A DNA stretch of 64,000 bases, from contig NC_091977.1 of NCBI RefSeq assembly GCF_044704955.1, forward strand, positions 13,020,001-13,084,000. The letters run 5' to 3'. Position 1 is the first letter of the stretch. Each line of letters begins with the position of its first letter. A model generated the notes under the pieces. It was not told the DNA's origin. It saw only the letters and a program-made list of their open reading frames with translations, and searched no databases. This document shows, one piece after another, positions 22,007 to 33,319 of this stretch. Origin of the DNA: Pristiophorus japonicus (taxonomy: Eukaryota). Both the position numbers and the translations under genes were made by a program.

Positions 22007-22183
22007 GTTTCATGCACAAGGACCCCTAGGTCTCTCTCTATTGCAGCACTTTGCAATTTTTCTCCATTTAAATTATAATTTGCTTTTCTATTATTTCTGC
22101 CAAAGTGGATAACCTCACATTTTCCCACAGTATACTCCATCTGCCAACTTTTTACCCACTCACTTAGCCTATCCATATCCTTT

Positions 22184-22912
22184 TAGAAACATAGAAACAT
22201 ATAAAATAGCTGCAAGTGTAGGCCATTCGGCCCTTCGAGCCTGCATCACCATTCAAAATGATCATGGCTGATCATTTTTGCAACTTTAGTACCCCATTCC
22301 TGCTTTCTCTCCATACCCCTTGATCCCTTTATCCATAAGGGCCACATCTAACTCTCTTTTGAATATATCTAACGAACTGGCCTCAACAACTTTCTGTGGT
22401 AGAGAATTCCACAGGTTCACAATTCTCTGAGTGAAGAAGTTTCTCCTCATCTCGGTCCTAAATGGCTTACCCCTTATCCTTAGACTGTGACATCGGGAAC
22501 ATTCTTCCTGCATCTAACCTGTCCAATCCGGTCAGAATTTGATATGTTTCTGTGAGATCCCCTCTCATTCTTCTAAATTCCAGTGAATATAAGCCTAGTC
22601 GATCCAGTCTTTCTTCATATGTCAGTCCTGCCATCCCGGGAATCAGTTTGGTGAACCTTCGCTGCACTCGCTCAATAGCAAGAATGTCCTTCCTCAGATT
22701 AGGAGACTAAAACTGAACACAATATTCCAGGTGAGGCCTCACCAAGGCCCTGTAAGACCTCCCTGCTCCTATACTCAAATCCTCTCGCTATGAAGGCCAA
22801 CATGCCATTTGACTTCTTCACCGCCTGCTGTACCTGCATGCCAACTTTCAATGACTGATGTACCATGACACCCAGGTCTCGTTGTACCTCCCTTTTTCCT
22901 AATCTGTCACCA
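22184..22912 (-). mobile_element. CR1 of a second subfamily nested in the split CR1
   Basis: (atagaaac)n tail; host CR1 resumes at ttgcagatttttt (22913). Confidence 0.85.
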
Positions 22913-22935
22913 TTGCAGATTTTTTGTGTCCTCCT

Positions 22936-23170
22936 TGTTATGTATTGATGTGTGTATCGTCCTGGTACCTTAAACGTATAATAAGCACAATGGTACACCA
23001 CAGAGGGCCTGTGGTGAGAGACCTGAAAGTACCTGCAAGAGGCAGTATAAAAGGCTGCCCACCACACCTGAGAGTCACTCTGGAGCAGTTCGATAAAGGA
23101 CCAAGGTCACAGCAGTTAGATCAACACCAGACCGTGTGGAGTCAGTGATTTGTGTGCCACATACATCACA
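22936..23170 (+). mobile_element. Solo LTR (Gypsy)
   Basis: TGTT...CACA termini; TSD CTCCT/CGCCT; TATAAAA box; tcactctggag..accaaggtcacagcagtt shared with the LTR at 61251-61453. Confidence 0.85.
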
Positions 23171-24317
23171 CGCCTCACAATTTACTTTCCCACCCATCTT
23201 TGTATTATCAGCAAACTTGGCTATATTACACTTGGTCCCTTCATCCAAGTCATTAATATAGATTGTAAATAGTTGAGGACCCAGCATCAATCCCTGTGGC
23301 ACCCCACTAGTCACTGTTTGCCAACTGGAAAATGACCCATTTATCCCGACTCTCTGTTTTCTGTTAGATGGCCAATCCTCTATCCAGGCTACTATATTAC
23401 CCCAAATCCTGTGAGCACCCGACGAGGCCACAATTTTCGGTCCATTATTGACACTGAGCCAAAGAACGAGAGATTAGGACAGGTGACCAATAGCTTGGAA
23501 AATGTGATAGGTTTTAAGGATAGTCAAAGGAAAAGGAAGAGGCGGAGAAGTTTAGCGTGAGAATTAGGACCTAGACTGCTGATGGCACGGCCGCCAATAA
23601 TGGGGCGATTAAAATCGTGGATGTACTAGAGGCCAGAGTTAGAGGGACGCAGATTTCTCGGAGAGTTGTAGGGCTGGAGGAGGTGAGCGAGATCAAGAGG
23701 GGCAAGGCCATGGAAGGATTGGAAAACAAGAATGAGAATTTTAAATTTGAGGCATCGGTGTAGCTCAGCGGGCACAGGGGTGGTGGCGAATGGTACTTGG
23801 TGCCGGGTCAGGTGAAAAGGTTGAGGGTTCAGCAGCTGATGAGCTGAGGCAGAGGCGAGACAGGCGATGTTCCGGAGGTGGAAGTAGGCTAGGGAGTTTG
23901 TGGAGTTTGTGGCAGGGACCGAAGACAATGGCTTTGTTCTTCCTAATGTTGAACTGAAGGAAATTGGAGCTTCTTGAGGATGTCGGACAAGATGTGTGAC
24001 AACACAGAGGAGAGGTCATAAGAGGTCAAAGAGAGGTTATTAAGGAAGTGGTAACAGGGCACTTAGAAAATCATAATAAGAATCAACATGGTATTATGAA
24101 AGGGGAATCGTGTTTGACAAATTTATTAGAGTTTTTTGAGGATGTAACTATCAAGCTAAACGGGAACCAGTGGTTGCAGTATAACTGGATTTCCAAAAGA
24201 CATTCAATAAGTTGCCACATAAAAGGTTGTTACACAAGATAAGGACTCATGGGGTTGGAATAATGTATTAGCATGGACAGAGGATTTGTTAACGGACAGA
24301 CAACAGAGACTTTCAGT

Positions 24318-26460
24318 TGTGGCGGGAGGCCGCGTGGTCCCCGTGGATCCTGGACCATGGTCTGGAGACCCCGGACCACCGACTGTGTGTACCCTCCCTG
24401 CCTTTCTTTGCAACGTTGCAGGGTTCTCCTATAGGGGGCAATCTGATGGGATGAGCATTTCGTCTTTGCGACGGATAAGCTGAAACATCCCGTCTAGCGG
24501 TTCGCCGTTAGCAGGCGGTAACGTGGGATCCTGACTGGTCCAGGTCCTAAACTGGGGGGCGGTTACGGTTGACCCCTCGCTTTCTAGCACTTCCACAACA
24601 ACGAGCAGATCTGCGGGCTGCGCCGTTTCCACCCCGGTAGTGGGCAACGGTAGCCGACTGAGGGCATCAGCGCCGTTCTCAGTGCCTGGCCCGTGGCGGA
24701 TCACGTTACAGTGCACAGACTGTTAGACATATTCGAGACAAAGCATTGATAATAGTGCCTCTACTCTCCAAAAACTGAGAGATTGGCAGCTTGTCTGACT
24801 CTCGAGCAAATATTGGGACACTCTTTGGTACGTCTCTTTTGTCCCGTGAAGGCAGGCTACTGCCTTGGATAACTTATTGGATACATGTACAACCGGTTGG
24901 GGCTCACCCGCTACTTTGGCTTGCTGCACAACACGCCCGACCCCGTGTGATAACACATCACTTGCTACAAGTACTTTGTTAGATACATATATAACCGGTT
25001 GGTGTTCGCCTGCTACTTTGGCTTGTTGTAAGGTACCCCCGACCCCATATGATAATACATCATTGGCCGCGAAAGAGCGCTCACATGGGTTACACAGTGC
25101 AAACAACTTATTGGTACGTAGTGGGTTCCTGGCCTTCTGAGCGGGGCTGCCCCTTTACCTTTGCCCCAAGCCCAGTCGTCTTTCTTGCTGGGCAACGCAT
25201 GCCTCTGTTTCATTGCGGCGACATCCCGTGGTCTGGACGCTCTCTTGTCCCGTGGTCTGGACGCGCTCTCGTCCCATGGTCTGGATGCTCTTTCATTCCG
25301 TGGTCTGGACACACTCTCATCCGTGTCCGTGATGCCGACTGCCGCGATCTTCCTCCCCAGGGATTTTGCCTCTGGCGTCGGGAAGACCCATTCGGATCGT
25401 TTCGGCCGGAGTCACACTCTGCTTGGTCGACCTGGACCCTCTTCCATCGTCACGAAGAGGTCGTCGGCTTTGGGTGGTGGGTACCACGCCTGTACCGTGG
25501 CTTGGTTGATCTTTACCTCCTCGAAGTCGTGGTGAGCGGCTTGTGCCTCGGAAATCTGCAAATGGATCTGCACTTCGATGCCTGGATCAGCTGAAGGTGG
25601 GGGCTTGCTCAGCCTTTGAGCAAGGGAGACGTCGTTCGCCGGGGAAGGTACACAGAGGTCTTCCCAGTTGCATCGAATCTTCCCCATCCACCTTCTATCC
25701 AGCAGCTTTGCCTGAATCGGGATCAGCTTGGGTCGTTGTGCTCTGTCGCCCCACAGCCTCTTGAATGCCTTCTGACTCATTATTGATTGACTCGCCCTCA
25801 TGTCCAATTCCATGGAGACTGGCGTGCCGTTAAGTTTAACTTTTAACATTATCGGAGGGCTTTTGGTGGTGAAGGTGTGTACCCCATATACTTCCTCTTC
25901 ATTCTCAGGTTGAGTTGCCTCTCCTGCTTGCTCAGCGTGACCCTCGCTGGATCGGTCGTCCTCTCCTGACTCTGCCACGTGGTGAGTCACAGGTCGTTTG
26001 CACATTCACTGGAGCTGCCTCATTGTTCCACAGCCCTTGCACACATAGGGCTTGAAGTGACATTGATGGGCTCTCTGACTGCCCCCACAACGCCAACATG
26101 GCGTTAATGGATACGCAATCACGCCCCACGGCGGACTCTGAGTCACCCTAGGTCTGGCCCCTGCGATCGTGTAGGCCCTGCCATGTACAGTTTTGCCTGC
26201 TGAAAGCATTATTTTATGCAGAGTACTTGCTGGTGAGCTTCGATTCTGTGAAGATAGCTGTTTCGTGTTGTAGCTCGTGGATATGAAGGCCTGGGCTATC
26301 GTGATGGTCTTGCTCAGATCTAGGGATTCGGCAGACAGCAGTTTGTGAAGAATGACCTCGTGGCCGATTCCAAGCACGAAAAAGTCCCGCAACATTTCCC
26401 CCAAAGATCCTGCAAATTTGCACTGTCCCGCAAGGCATCTTAGGTCGGCGACGTCATAGC
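24318..26460 (-). mobile_element. Internally deleted and rearranged Mag-like Gypsy fragment, no LTRs
   Basis: gag knuckles, dead protease (LDMRA), RT core missing, duplicated RNase H start, ADALSRLP. Confidence 0.8.
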
Positions 26461-26918
26461 CAAGGGGGTAAGTGATTGGCTGGTGATTGTTGAGTAGTTT
26501 TTTCTTTTTCTTTTCTTTATCAGTAAGCAACCTTTAGCATTATTGTTGCCAAATTAAGTTAATCTAGGGGTTAAGTCATGGCAGGAGAGCTTGGACACAT
26601 GTTATGCTCCTCCTGTACTATGTGGGAAGTCAGAGACGCTTCCAGTGTCCCTGACGACTACATATGCGGGAAGTGTATCTGGCTGCAGCCCCTGACAGAC
26701 CACATTGCGGCATTGGAGCTGCGGGTGGATTCACTCTGTAGCATGCGCGATGCTGAGGATGTCGTGAATAGCACGTTTAGTGAGTTGGTCTTACCGCAGG
26801 CAAAGATTACACAACCAGATAGTAAATGGGTGACCAACAGGAAGAGTAGTGGAAGGAAGATAATGCAGAGGTCCCCTGCGCTCGTCCCCCTGCGAAACAG
26901 ATACACCGCTTTGGGTAC
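26461..26918 (+). mobile_element. CR1 5'UTR and ORF1 N-terminus (zinc finger / leucine zipper)
   Basis: ATG 26578: MAGELGHMLCSSCTMWE..CGKC..IAALELRVDSL..LRNRYTAL; abuts an opposite-strand CR1 ORF2 piece (26919-27020). Confidence 0.8.
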
Positions 26919-27069
26919 TATAATTACCCGTTTTCTCTCTCCCTCCTTTATTAAACAGTGGTGTTACATTAACTAACCTCCAGTCCATAGGAACCGATCC
27001 AGAGTCGATAAATGTTGGAAAGAATCCAACAGCCCATTATCAAGAATAACAACCTCCATTATCATGTTA

Positions 27070-27610
27070 CGGAACACTTCCATTCAGTCCGTAAGCGTGA
27101 CCCCGAGCTTCCGGTCGCCTGTCATTTTAATTCTCCGTCCCACTCCCACTCTCACCTCTCGGGCCTCGACCTCTGACACAGTTCCGGTGAAGCTCACCGT
27201 AATCTTGAGGAACAGCACCTCACCTTTCCGTAAAGCATCAAACAGCCTTCTGGACTCAGCATCGAGTTCAAGAATTTCAGATCATAAAATCTGCCATTGT
27301 TTTTTCGGACAGCAGCTGTTGGTAATGATTCTGCTATTCCCATTTACACCTCCTCGAGACCCATCTTTTGTTTCGTTACTTGTCCCATTACCCTCTCCTT
27401 TTGCCTTGCACCATCATCCCCTTTGTCATTTAATCTCTCCTGCCTTGCACCCAATCACACACCTCCCCTTTTGCTCTTTCCTCCCCTCCCTCACCCCTTT
27501 CCCTGCTCCTGGACTTAAAACCTGGCACATCTGTAGCTTTTTCCAATTCTGATGAAAGGTCACTGACCTGAAACGTTAACTCTGTTTCTCTCCCCACAGA
27601 TGCTGCCTGC
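27070..27610 (+). mobile_element. Penelope-like element 3' end (GIY-YIG C-terminus and terminal repeat)
   Basis: EHFHSVRKRDPELPVACHFNS..RNLEEQHLTF..QPSGLSIEFKNFRS-stop. Confidence 0.8.
27545..27581 (+). ncRNA. Minimal type I hammerhead ribozyme motif
   Basis: aatt CTGATGA a aggt-cactg-acct GAAA cg TT aact; catalytic core intact, stem I 3/4 paired. Confidence 0.7.
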
Positions 27611-27641
27611 ATTTAATATTTATTATAAGCATGCACGGTGT

Positions 27642-28720
27642 AAGAACATAAGAATTAGGAGCAGGAGTCGGCCATTCAGCCCCTCAGGCCTGCTCCATCA
27701 TTCATGCCTAATCTTCTAGCTCAAATGCACTTGCCTGCACAATCCCCATATCCCTTGATTCCCTTAATATTCAAAAATCTATTAATCTCTGTCATGAATA
27801 TACTCAACGACTGAGCATCCACAGCCCTCTGGAGTCGACAATTTCAAAGATTCACCATCCTCTGAGTGACAACATTTCTCATCATCACAGTCCCTTATTC
27901 TGAGACTGTGACCCCTGCTTCTATACTCCCCAGCCAGAGAAAACATCCTCCCTGCATCTATCCTGTCAAGCCCTGTAAGAATTTTGTGTTTCAATGAGAT
28001 CATCTTTCATTCTTTAAACTCTAGAGAATATAGGCCTAGTCTACTCAATCTCACCTCATAGGGCAATTCCTCCATCCCAGGAATCAGTCCGGTGAACCTT
28101 TGTTGTGGTGTAAGTGGTAGGGACTGTAATTATAAATGTAATATAAATATAAAATAGTATAAATGGAGGGACCTGGCTCAGGGACACCTGAATCCCAGAT
28201 TGAAAACTAAACCAGCGCCAGTGTGTGAAACGGTTACAGACTCGCATTAGGAACATAGGAACAGGAGGAGGCCATTCAGCCCCTCGAGCCTGCTCCGCCA
28301 TTCACTTAGATCATGGCTGATCTGCACCTCAGCTTCATTTTACCCGCTTTGGTTCCATATCCTTCAATACCCTTAACTAACAAAAATCATATCTATCTCA
28401 GTCTTGAAAGCTACAATTGCCCCCCCCTCCCTCCCCCCGCCACAGCATCCATAGCCTTTTTGGGGAGCGAGTTCCAGATTTCCACTACCCTTTGTGCGAA
28501 GAAGTGTTTCCTGATTTCATTTCTGAATGGCCTAGCTCCAATTTTAAGATTACGTTCCCTTGTTCTTAATATCCCCTAGTTTCCCCGTCTCTACTCTATT
28601 AAATCCTTGTAAGATGTTAAACACCTCTATCAGATCACCCAGTAATCTTCCAAACTCAAAGGAATGCAAGCCAAGTTTATAGAACCTGTCCTCATAATTT
28701 AACCCTTTTGGCCCCTGTCT
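27642..28720 (-). mobile_element. Two CR1 3' fragments (27642-28105, 28248-28720)
   Basis: taagaacataaga / taggaacatagga tails and ORF2 C-terminal motifs. Confidence 0.8.
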
Positions 28721-29063
28721 AATTCCTGAAGAGCGGTGCACAGAACTGAACGCAATTACTCCAGATGGGTCTGAGCAAGGCTCTGTACGTCTTTGAAGTA
28801 TTCGAAGAAATCTGGAGTTATGGGCATCTTGAAAGGGGCAACACATTGAGCTGGCTGAACAATTATATCCCAGTGCGTCACAGAGCTCGATAGAGAATGG
28901 AGGCTGAGTCAAAGATGCAGAGATTAGGATGAAACAAAAAGAAAAACAGAAAGTGCTGGAAACACTCCGCAGGTCAGGCAGCATCTGTGCAGAAGGAACT
29001 AACGATAGCGCTTCAAATATTATGACCCTTTGTTGTGATGAAGAGTCTAAGTCCTGAAACATC

Positions 29064-29248
29064 GGGGGCCATTTTAACCCGACCCACCGGTCGGGATGGA
29101 GGGGAATCGGTAACACGCTGGTTTTACATCACGCCCGATCTTGCTGCCCAGTGAAGTCATCGGAGAGCAATATTGGGCGGGGTGTAAAGCCGACGTTCCA
29201 CCCAATCCCGGGGGTTTTCGCCCGGTGAGTGAGGTTGGAATTGCCCCC
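29064..29248. mobile_element. Short MITE inserted in a Penelope terminal fragment (about 28930-29305)
   Basis: TIR GGGGGCCATTTTAACC / GGTTGGAATTGCCCCC (13/16); TSD not clear. Confidence 0.65.
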
Positions 29249-29309
29249 GATAACTTCTCTTCCTTCGTCCACAGATACTGCCTGAGCTGCATCTTCTGTT
29301 TCTGTTTAT

Positions 29310-29975
29310 GAGGGGGTGACCAAAAGGTTCATCCGAGAGCCGGGCTTTAATGAGGGTTTTAAAGGCGGAGCAGGCTCGAGGGGCCAAGTGGCCTACTCCT
29401 GCTCCTATTTCAAATGTTTTGATGGAGGATTTTAGGGAAAGGAATTCCACCTTGTGGGACCTAGAGGCATGGCAGCCAATGGGGGAGTCCGAAGGAATGG
29501 GTTCACACAAGAGGTCGGAGTCAGAGGAACAGAGAGTTATGAGGGGTGGAGGTTGTAGGGCTGGAGGAAGGTACAGCGATAGGGAGAAGTGAGGCCATGG
29601 AGGGTTTTTAAACACAAGGGTGAACGTTTGAGACCATTGGGAGACCTGGAGCCAGCGCAGGTCAGCAAGGCTAGGTGTGATGGGCGAGCAGGACTTGGTG
29701 TGGGATAGGGTACAGGCAGTAGAGCATTGGATGGGCTGAAGTTGATGGTAGGGTGGAGGATGGGAGGGCGATTGGGAGAGAATTGGAATAGTTCAATCTG
29801 GAAGTGACGAAGGCAAATTATGAGGGTTACAGCAGCAGGCGGGCTGAGGTAGGGGCAGAGGCAGGTGATGTGAGGGAGGTGGAAATAGGCACCTTTCATG
29901 ATGGCGAGGGAATGGGTTCGGATATCGGCTATGGGTCATATAGAATACTGAGGTAGCAAACATTTGGTCTAGCCT
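29310..29975 (-). mobile_element. L2 fragment
   Basis: MKGAYFHL..LCPYLSPPAAVTLI; same family as 5280-5880. Confidence 0.7.
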
Positions 29976-31363
29976 GAGACACTAAAAGCTATTTGGGTTG
30001 AAATTGCGCTGTGTAATATTAATAAAAAATATGTCAACATAAGTACTTCTACTGGCTGCTACTGTAATGAAACCTTTGCTAAAATAGGCAACAAAAATAT
30101 TGCATATGAGTAAATTCATATGTTTTTGACTAATATCACACAACAATCTCCACAGACTGTGTGCAGGGCAGTAATGACGTCTGTACAATTGTGAAATTTT
30201 AACAATTGGCAACAGTAGTAGGGGCTCCATTGGCCTCAGCATCCATGAGTGAAGGGTGGGCCACATGGGGCGTGTAGAGGGGGGCGGAGAATTCATCAAG
30301 GTATTCATGCACTGTCTAGTGACTTTTGCTGGAAAGTGCATGTGTGTGTGGAGAGTCATGTTGGAACAGGATTGGACTCTTGCTGTTTGTGGGATCTTGC
30401 TGTTCTCAAATTGGCTGTCGTGTTTCCCCACAAAACAAGTGTGACTACACCTCAAACACTATATATTGTTTGTGAAGCACTTTGGGACATTCTGAGGGTG
30501 GGAAAGTTGCTATATAAATGCAAATTATTTTCTTTCTGGAACTATTTATCCATTAATTATCACCTTTTGAAATATATAATCAGATTCAAAAATCCGATAC
30601 TGTTGCCATAAGAAAGTTTTCTTTTGCTTTAGAGACAATTCCTGAACCTGCCTTCACGGAAAATCTACGTTGGTCACCGTGGAAACGTCACATTGGAGCA
30701 GATGATGTTTCCAGAGTTTAAAGCTACCAAAAGTTTTCTTCAGTTTTTCCTTAGCTAGTTTTAAAATGTATTGTGGCACAGTAAAAGTGTCACTTGATGT
30801 CTCCCTGTTGCTTTGCCTCATTCCTGGTATCTTTCATTCATTTTAATATTGGCAGTGTTTTGCACCTGCAGGTCAACCGAGGAAATGAGCAAGAGCTGGT
30901 CAACTGGGTCAGGACATCTGGCAATGCAAATACAAGTCTCAATGTAGACCTTATGATGTGTGAAGATAAGGGGATAGACTGAAAGTGCAGTGGGAGCTTG
31001 TCACAACCTATCTCAAACAGGTTATTTTAGGTCCAACATTGTGCAACTAGACAGGGTTAATTCATGACATTGTAGTAAAGGGGAAGAGTGATCATAATAT
31101 GATAGAATTTCATATTAAGTTTAAAGTGATTTAGTTAAATCTGAAACTAGGGTCTTAAATCTAAACAAAGCAAACTACGTAGATATGAAGGGAAAGTTGG
31201 CTAAGGTAGTCTGGGAAACTGCATTAAAAGGTAGTTAAGCAATGGCTAGCATTTAAAAAATTAATGCATAAATTACAATAAATATGCATTCCTTTAAACG
31301 ACAAACACCCCACAGTAACAGTGGTCCAATCGTGGCTAACAAGAGAAGTTAAAGATAGTATTA

Positions 31364-33319
31364 CAGTTCGAATTCTGGACACCTCGGGGCCGAGGCCGTT
31401 CCGGATTCCGGGTATTTCCGGATTGGGGAGGTAGGTAGGATAGGAAAGTGGGGGATCGGTCGGGTCGCCGGAGGTTTGGGGGGGGTGGTCGGTCAGGCCA
31501 CCAGAGGTTGAGGGGGGGGTCGGTCAGGCCACCAGAGGTTGGGGGGGAGGGGGTCGGTCAGGCCACCAGAGGTTGGGGGGGAGGGGGTCGGTCAGGCCAC
31601 CAGAGGTTGGGGGGGAGGGGGTCGGTCAGGCCACCAGAGGTTGGGGGGGAGGGGGTCGGTCAGGCCACCAGAGGTTGGGGGGGAGGGTGTCGGTCAGGCC
31701 ACCAGAGGTTGAGGTGGGGGGTCGGTCAGGCCACCAGAGGTTGGGGGGGGGGGTCGGTCAGGCCACCAGAGGTTGGGGGGGAGGGGGGAGGTCAGGCCAC
31801 CAGAGGTTGAGGGGGGGGGGGTCGGTCAGGCCACCAGAGGTTGAGGGGGGGGGGTCGGTCAGGCCACCAGAGGTTGGGGGGAGGGGGGAGGTCAGGCCAC
31901 CAGAGGTTGAGGGGGGGGGGGTCGGTCAGGCCACCAGAGGTTGGGGGGGAGGGGGTCGGTCAGGCCACCAGAGGTTGGGGGGGAGGGGGTCGGTCAGGCC
32001 ACCAGAGGTTGAGGGGTGGGTCGGTCAGGCCACCAGAGGTTGGGGGATCGGTCAGGCCACCAGAGGTTGGGGGGAGGGGGTCGGTCAGGCCACCAGAGGT
32101 TGGGGGGGGGTCGGTCAGGCCACCAGAGGTTGGGGTGGAGGGGTCGGTCAGGCCGCCAGAGGTTGGGGTGGAGGGGTCGGTCAGGCCGCCAGAGTTTGGG
32201 GGGGAGGGGGTCGGTCAGGCCACCAGAGGTTGGGGGGGAGGGGGTCGGTCAGGCCACCAGAGGTTGGGGGGGAGGGGGTCGGTCAGGCCACCAGAGGTTG
32301 GGGGGGAGGGGGTCGGTCAGGCCACCAGAGGTTGGGGGGGAGGGGGTCGGTCAGGCCACCAGAGGTTGGGGGGGAGGGGGTCGGTCAGGCCACCAGAGGT
32401 TGGGGGGGAGGGGGTCGGTCAGGCCACCAGAGGTTGGGGGGGAGGGGGTCGGTCAGGCCACCAGAGGTTGGGGGGGAGGGGGTCGGTCAGGCCACCAGAG
32501 GTTGAGGGGTGGGTCGGTCAGGCCACCAGAGGTTGGGGGGGGGTCGGTCAGGCCACCAGAGGTTGGGGGGGAGGGGGTCGGTCAGGCCACCAGAGGTTGG
32601 GGGGGGGTCGGTCAGGCCACCAGAGGTTGGGGGGGAGGGGTCGGTCAGGCCGCCAGAGTTTGAGGGGGGTGTTGGTTGGGCCGCAGGAGGTCGGGGTGGG
32701 GTCAGCCAGGCCAAGGCCGGGTGCGGGGTGGGGGGGGGGGCAGATCGGGCCAAGGCCGGGTCGGAGGGGAGAGATTGGGCCGCCAGAGGTCGGGGGGTGC
32801 GTGGATTAGGCTGAGGTCATGGGGGGAGGTCGGGCAGCTGGAGGTCGGGGGTGTCGGTCGGGCTGCAGGCCAGGAGTGTTGGTCGGACCGATACCGGGGG
32901 GAGGTCGAGCCGAGGTCGGTGAGGGGGGTCGGTCGGGCTGTTGGAGGTTGCGGGGGGGGGTCGGTTGGGCCGAGGCCGGGGGGGGGGGGGTGTGGTGCAG
33001 GGGTGGGGGAGCAGGTGGGGAGGTCAGGCCACAGGAGGTCGGGGGAGTTGGCCGGAGGTCAGGTGGCGGCCGGAGGTAGTGTCGAGGCGGGGGGGGAGGT
33101 CGGGTAACTGAGGTCGGTGGAGGTTGGGCCGAAGGCCAGGGGAGGTCGGGCGACCAGGAGCTGGGGGTGGTCGGGCCGAGGTCGGGGGAGGCCGGTGGCC
33201 AGGGCAGGGGAGTTCGGATGTCAGAACATCTTGCAGTTTCCGGATGACCCCGCCACGTATTGGCGCTGTGTCCCGATTCCGGAACATTCTGGAACTTCGG
33301 ATTTTGGACGTCGCACCTG
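31364..33319. mobile_element. Non-autonomous DNA transposon-like insert (CAG...CTG ends after TA; subterminal TCCGGA motifs)
   Basis: Interrupts a colinear CR1; TCCGGA-like repeats at both ends; right-hand TA not preserved. Confidence 0.5.
31480..32670. repeat. G-rich minisatellite, roughly 38 units of 26-32 bp
   Basis: (G5 TCGGTCAGGCCACCAGAGGTT G7 A)n with variable G-runs. Confidence 0.95.

Larger units (their letters stand above)
16367..23415 (-). mobile_element. CR1 LINE split into 16367-17061, 22007-22183, 22913-22935 and 23171-23415
   Basis: Pieces are colinear CR1 ORF2 sequence (compare 62040-62520) once the inserts are removed. Confidence 0.88.
14094..23443. mobile_element. Harbinger-type MITE stretched to 9.3 kb by nested insertions (own sequence about 14094-14743, 16314-16366, 23416-23443)
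   Basis: TIR CGGCCGAAAATTGCGG vs CCACAATTTTCGGTCC (13/16); TSD ATT 14091-14093 / 23444-23446. Confidence 0.75.
12533..24030 (-). mobile_element. Old L2 element split into pieces 12533-12576, 14049-14093 and 23444-24030 by nested insertions
   Basis: The pieces rejoin into a sequence colinear with the L2 3' end at 3728-4120. Confidence 0.7.

Noticed and set aside
30620-30982. Acceptor-like sites with short open frames (KIYVGHRGNVTL; VNRGNEQELV)
   Set aside because: No matching donors and no recognisable domain.
31480-32670. CRISPR-like look (constant core with variable spacers)
   Set aside because: The spacers are only G-runs, there are no cas genes, and the context is vertebrate.
31448-33107. 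Long Gly/Arg-rich ORFs in three frames
   Set aside because: They are translations of a stop-free G-rich minisatellite.
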